Shown piece by piece: positions 63,096 to 63,693 of a DNA stretch of 63,693 nt. Source of the DNA: Thermodesulfovibrionales bacterium (GTDB lineage: Bacteria > Nitrospirota > Thermodesulfovibrionia > Thermodesulfovibrionales > UBA6898). A program made the translations under genes and the position numbers. Within the stretch, counting starts at the first letter, position 1; each line of letters starts with the position of its first letter. Location: NCBI GenBank assembly GCA_044450345.1, contig JBIOIY010000009.1, positions 1 through 63,693 of the forward strand, read 5' to 3'. The notes under the pieces are model-generated. The model did no database searches. It was given only the letters and a program-made list of their open reading frames with translations, and was not told the origin of the DNA.

Positions 63096-63367
63096 TGCTC
63101 AAAATCCAAACTACCACCAAATTTGAGAGAGACTATAAAAGGATACAAAAGCGACATAAAGAAATGGAGAAGCTCCGCAAAATCATGCGGAAGCTCCAAA
63201 AGCAGGAGTCACTAGACTCGAAGCACAATGACCACCCTTTAACAGGGGAGTTTAAAGACTCACGGGATTGCCACCTAGAACCAGATTGGGTTTTGATCTA
63301 TCGAGTAGCAGGAGATACAATTTACTTTGAGAGGACCGGAAGCCATTCAGACCTTTTTCGTCAGTAA
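63095..63367 (+). CDS. yafQ: YafQ-family mRNA interferase toxin
   Basis: FERDYK, DHPLTG, RDCHLEPDWVLIY, RTGSHSDLF. Confidence 0.93.
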   Translation: MLKIQTTTKFERDYKRIQKRHKEMEKLRKIMRKLQKQESLDSKHNDHPLTGEFKDSRDCHLEPDWVLIYRVAGDTIYFERTGSHSDLFRQ

Positions 63368-63559
63368 TAACACCTTTTGACTTAAACTCCACGTGCTATG
63401 TCTCAAAGACATTTCTTTTAGAGACACTTTTCACCTGCACGGTCTGACTCTCAGTAATTGCTGGAGATTCCGGCCAACTATTCCGGCGAGAGGTTGCCAG
63501 GGGGCAAGGGAACAGACCGCAGCAGTTAACAAGGCCAGCGTCCACGTTTTTCCCCGTAC

Positions 63560-63693
63560 GTGCGCCACGAGGCTGCGCAAGAGATGAGGGTAGGCCCCTC
63601 GGAGTCGGTTTGCAGGAACAGGCTCCAAACCACCTTAAGCTGCATCTGTTAAGAGCAGGTGTGGTGAGCGTTAATTGCGCTACGAAGTTGCAA
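63560..63693 (+). mobile_element. Probable 5' end (domain I) of a group II intron, running off the window
   Basis: Begins GTGCG; GAGGG-TAGGC-CCCTC hairpin; AAGC then TGCATCTG..CAGGTGTG stem then GTGAGCG, resembling subdomain Ic with the epsilon' bulge; domain V and RT not visible. Confidence 0.45.

Noticed and set aside
63399..63426. TGTCTC..GAGACA inverted repeat as a transposon end
   Set aside because: Equally explained as a hairpin/terminator after yafQ; no transposase or repeated binding sites visible

Overview
Bacterial chromosomal window. Gene content (split F0F1 operon, CbcSTU-like module, multiheme cytochromes) suggests an anaerobic Gram-negative such as Nitrospirota/Thermodesulfovibrionia or a Desulfobacterota relative; this is inference, not a database result. 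Most of the window is housekeeping: hemL, PBP1A, tkt, mutY/mutT, gatAB, purC, glk, ribD, hypAB, mtnP, apt, mutS2, atpF'FHAGDC, ald, ftsH. The most interesting locus (47258-57873) looks like a peptide-signalling RiPP system. It runs TonB-dependent receptor, an unannotated 32-aa Cys-Cys precursor (49158-49256), radical SAM/SPASM maturase, orphan periplasmic binding protein, HAMP histidine kinase, sigma-54 response regulator, then a sigma-54 promoter ahead of a LuxR-HTH-only protein and an amidohydrolase, then a DUF3108-like protein. Other accessory features: a decaying AraC/oxidoreductase islet with four gene remnants (14243-19486); an 11-heme and a 4-heme cytochrome with NrfC/NrfD partners; two small Lys-rich proteins behind sigma-54-like promoters; nested palindromic repeats; and at the right end the 5' half only of a tRNA-Ser(GGA), followed by a start-less gene fragment, a DinJ-YafQ toxin-antitoxin pair and a probable group II intron 5' end. 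All family assignments come from motif recognition by eye and need HMM or covariance-model confirmation.
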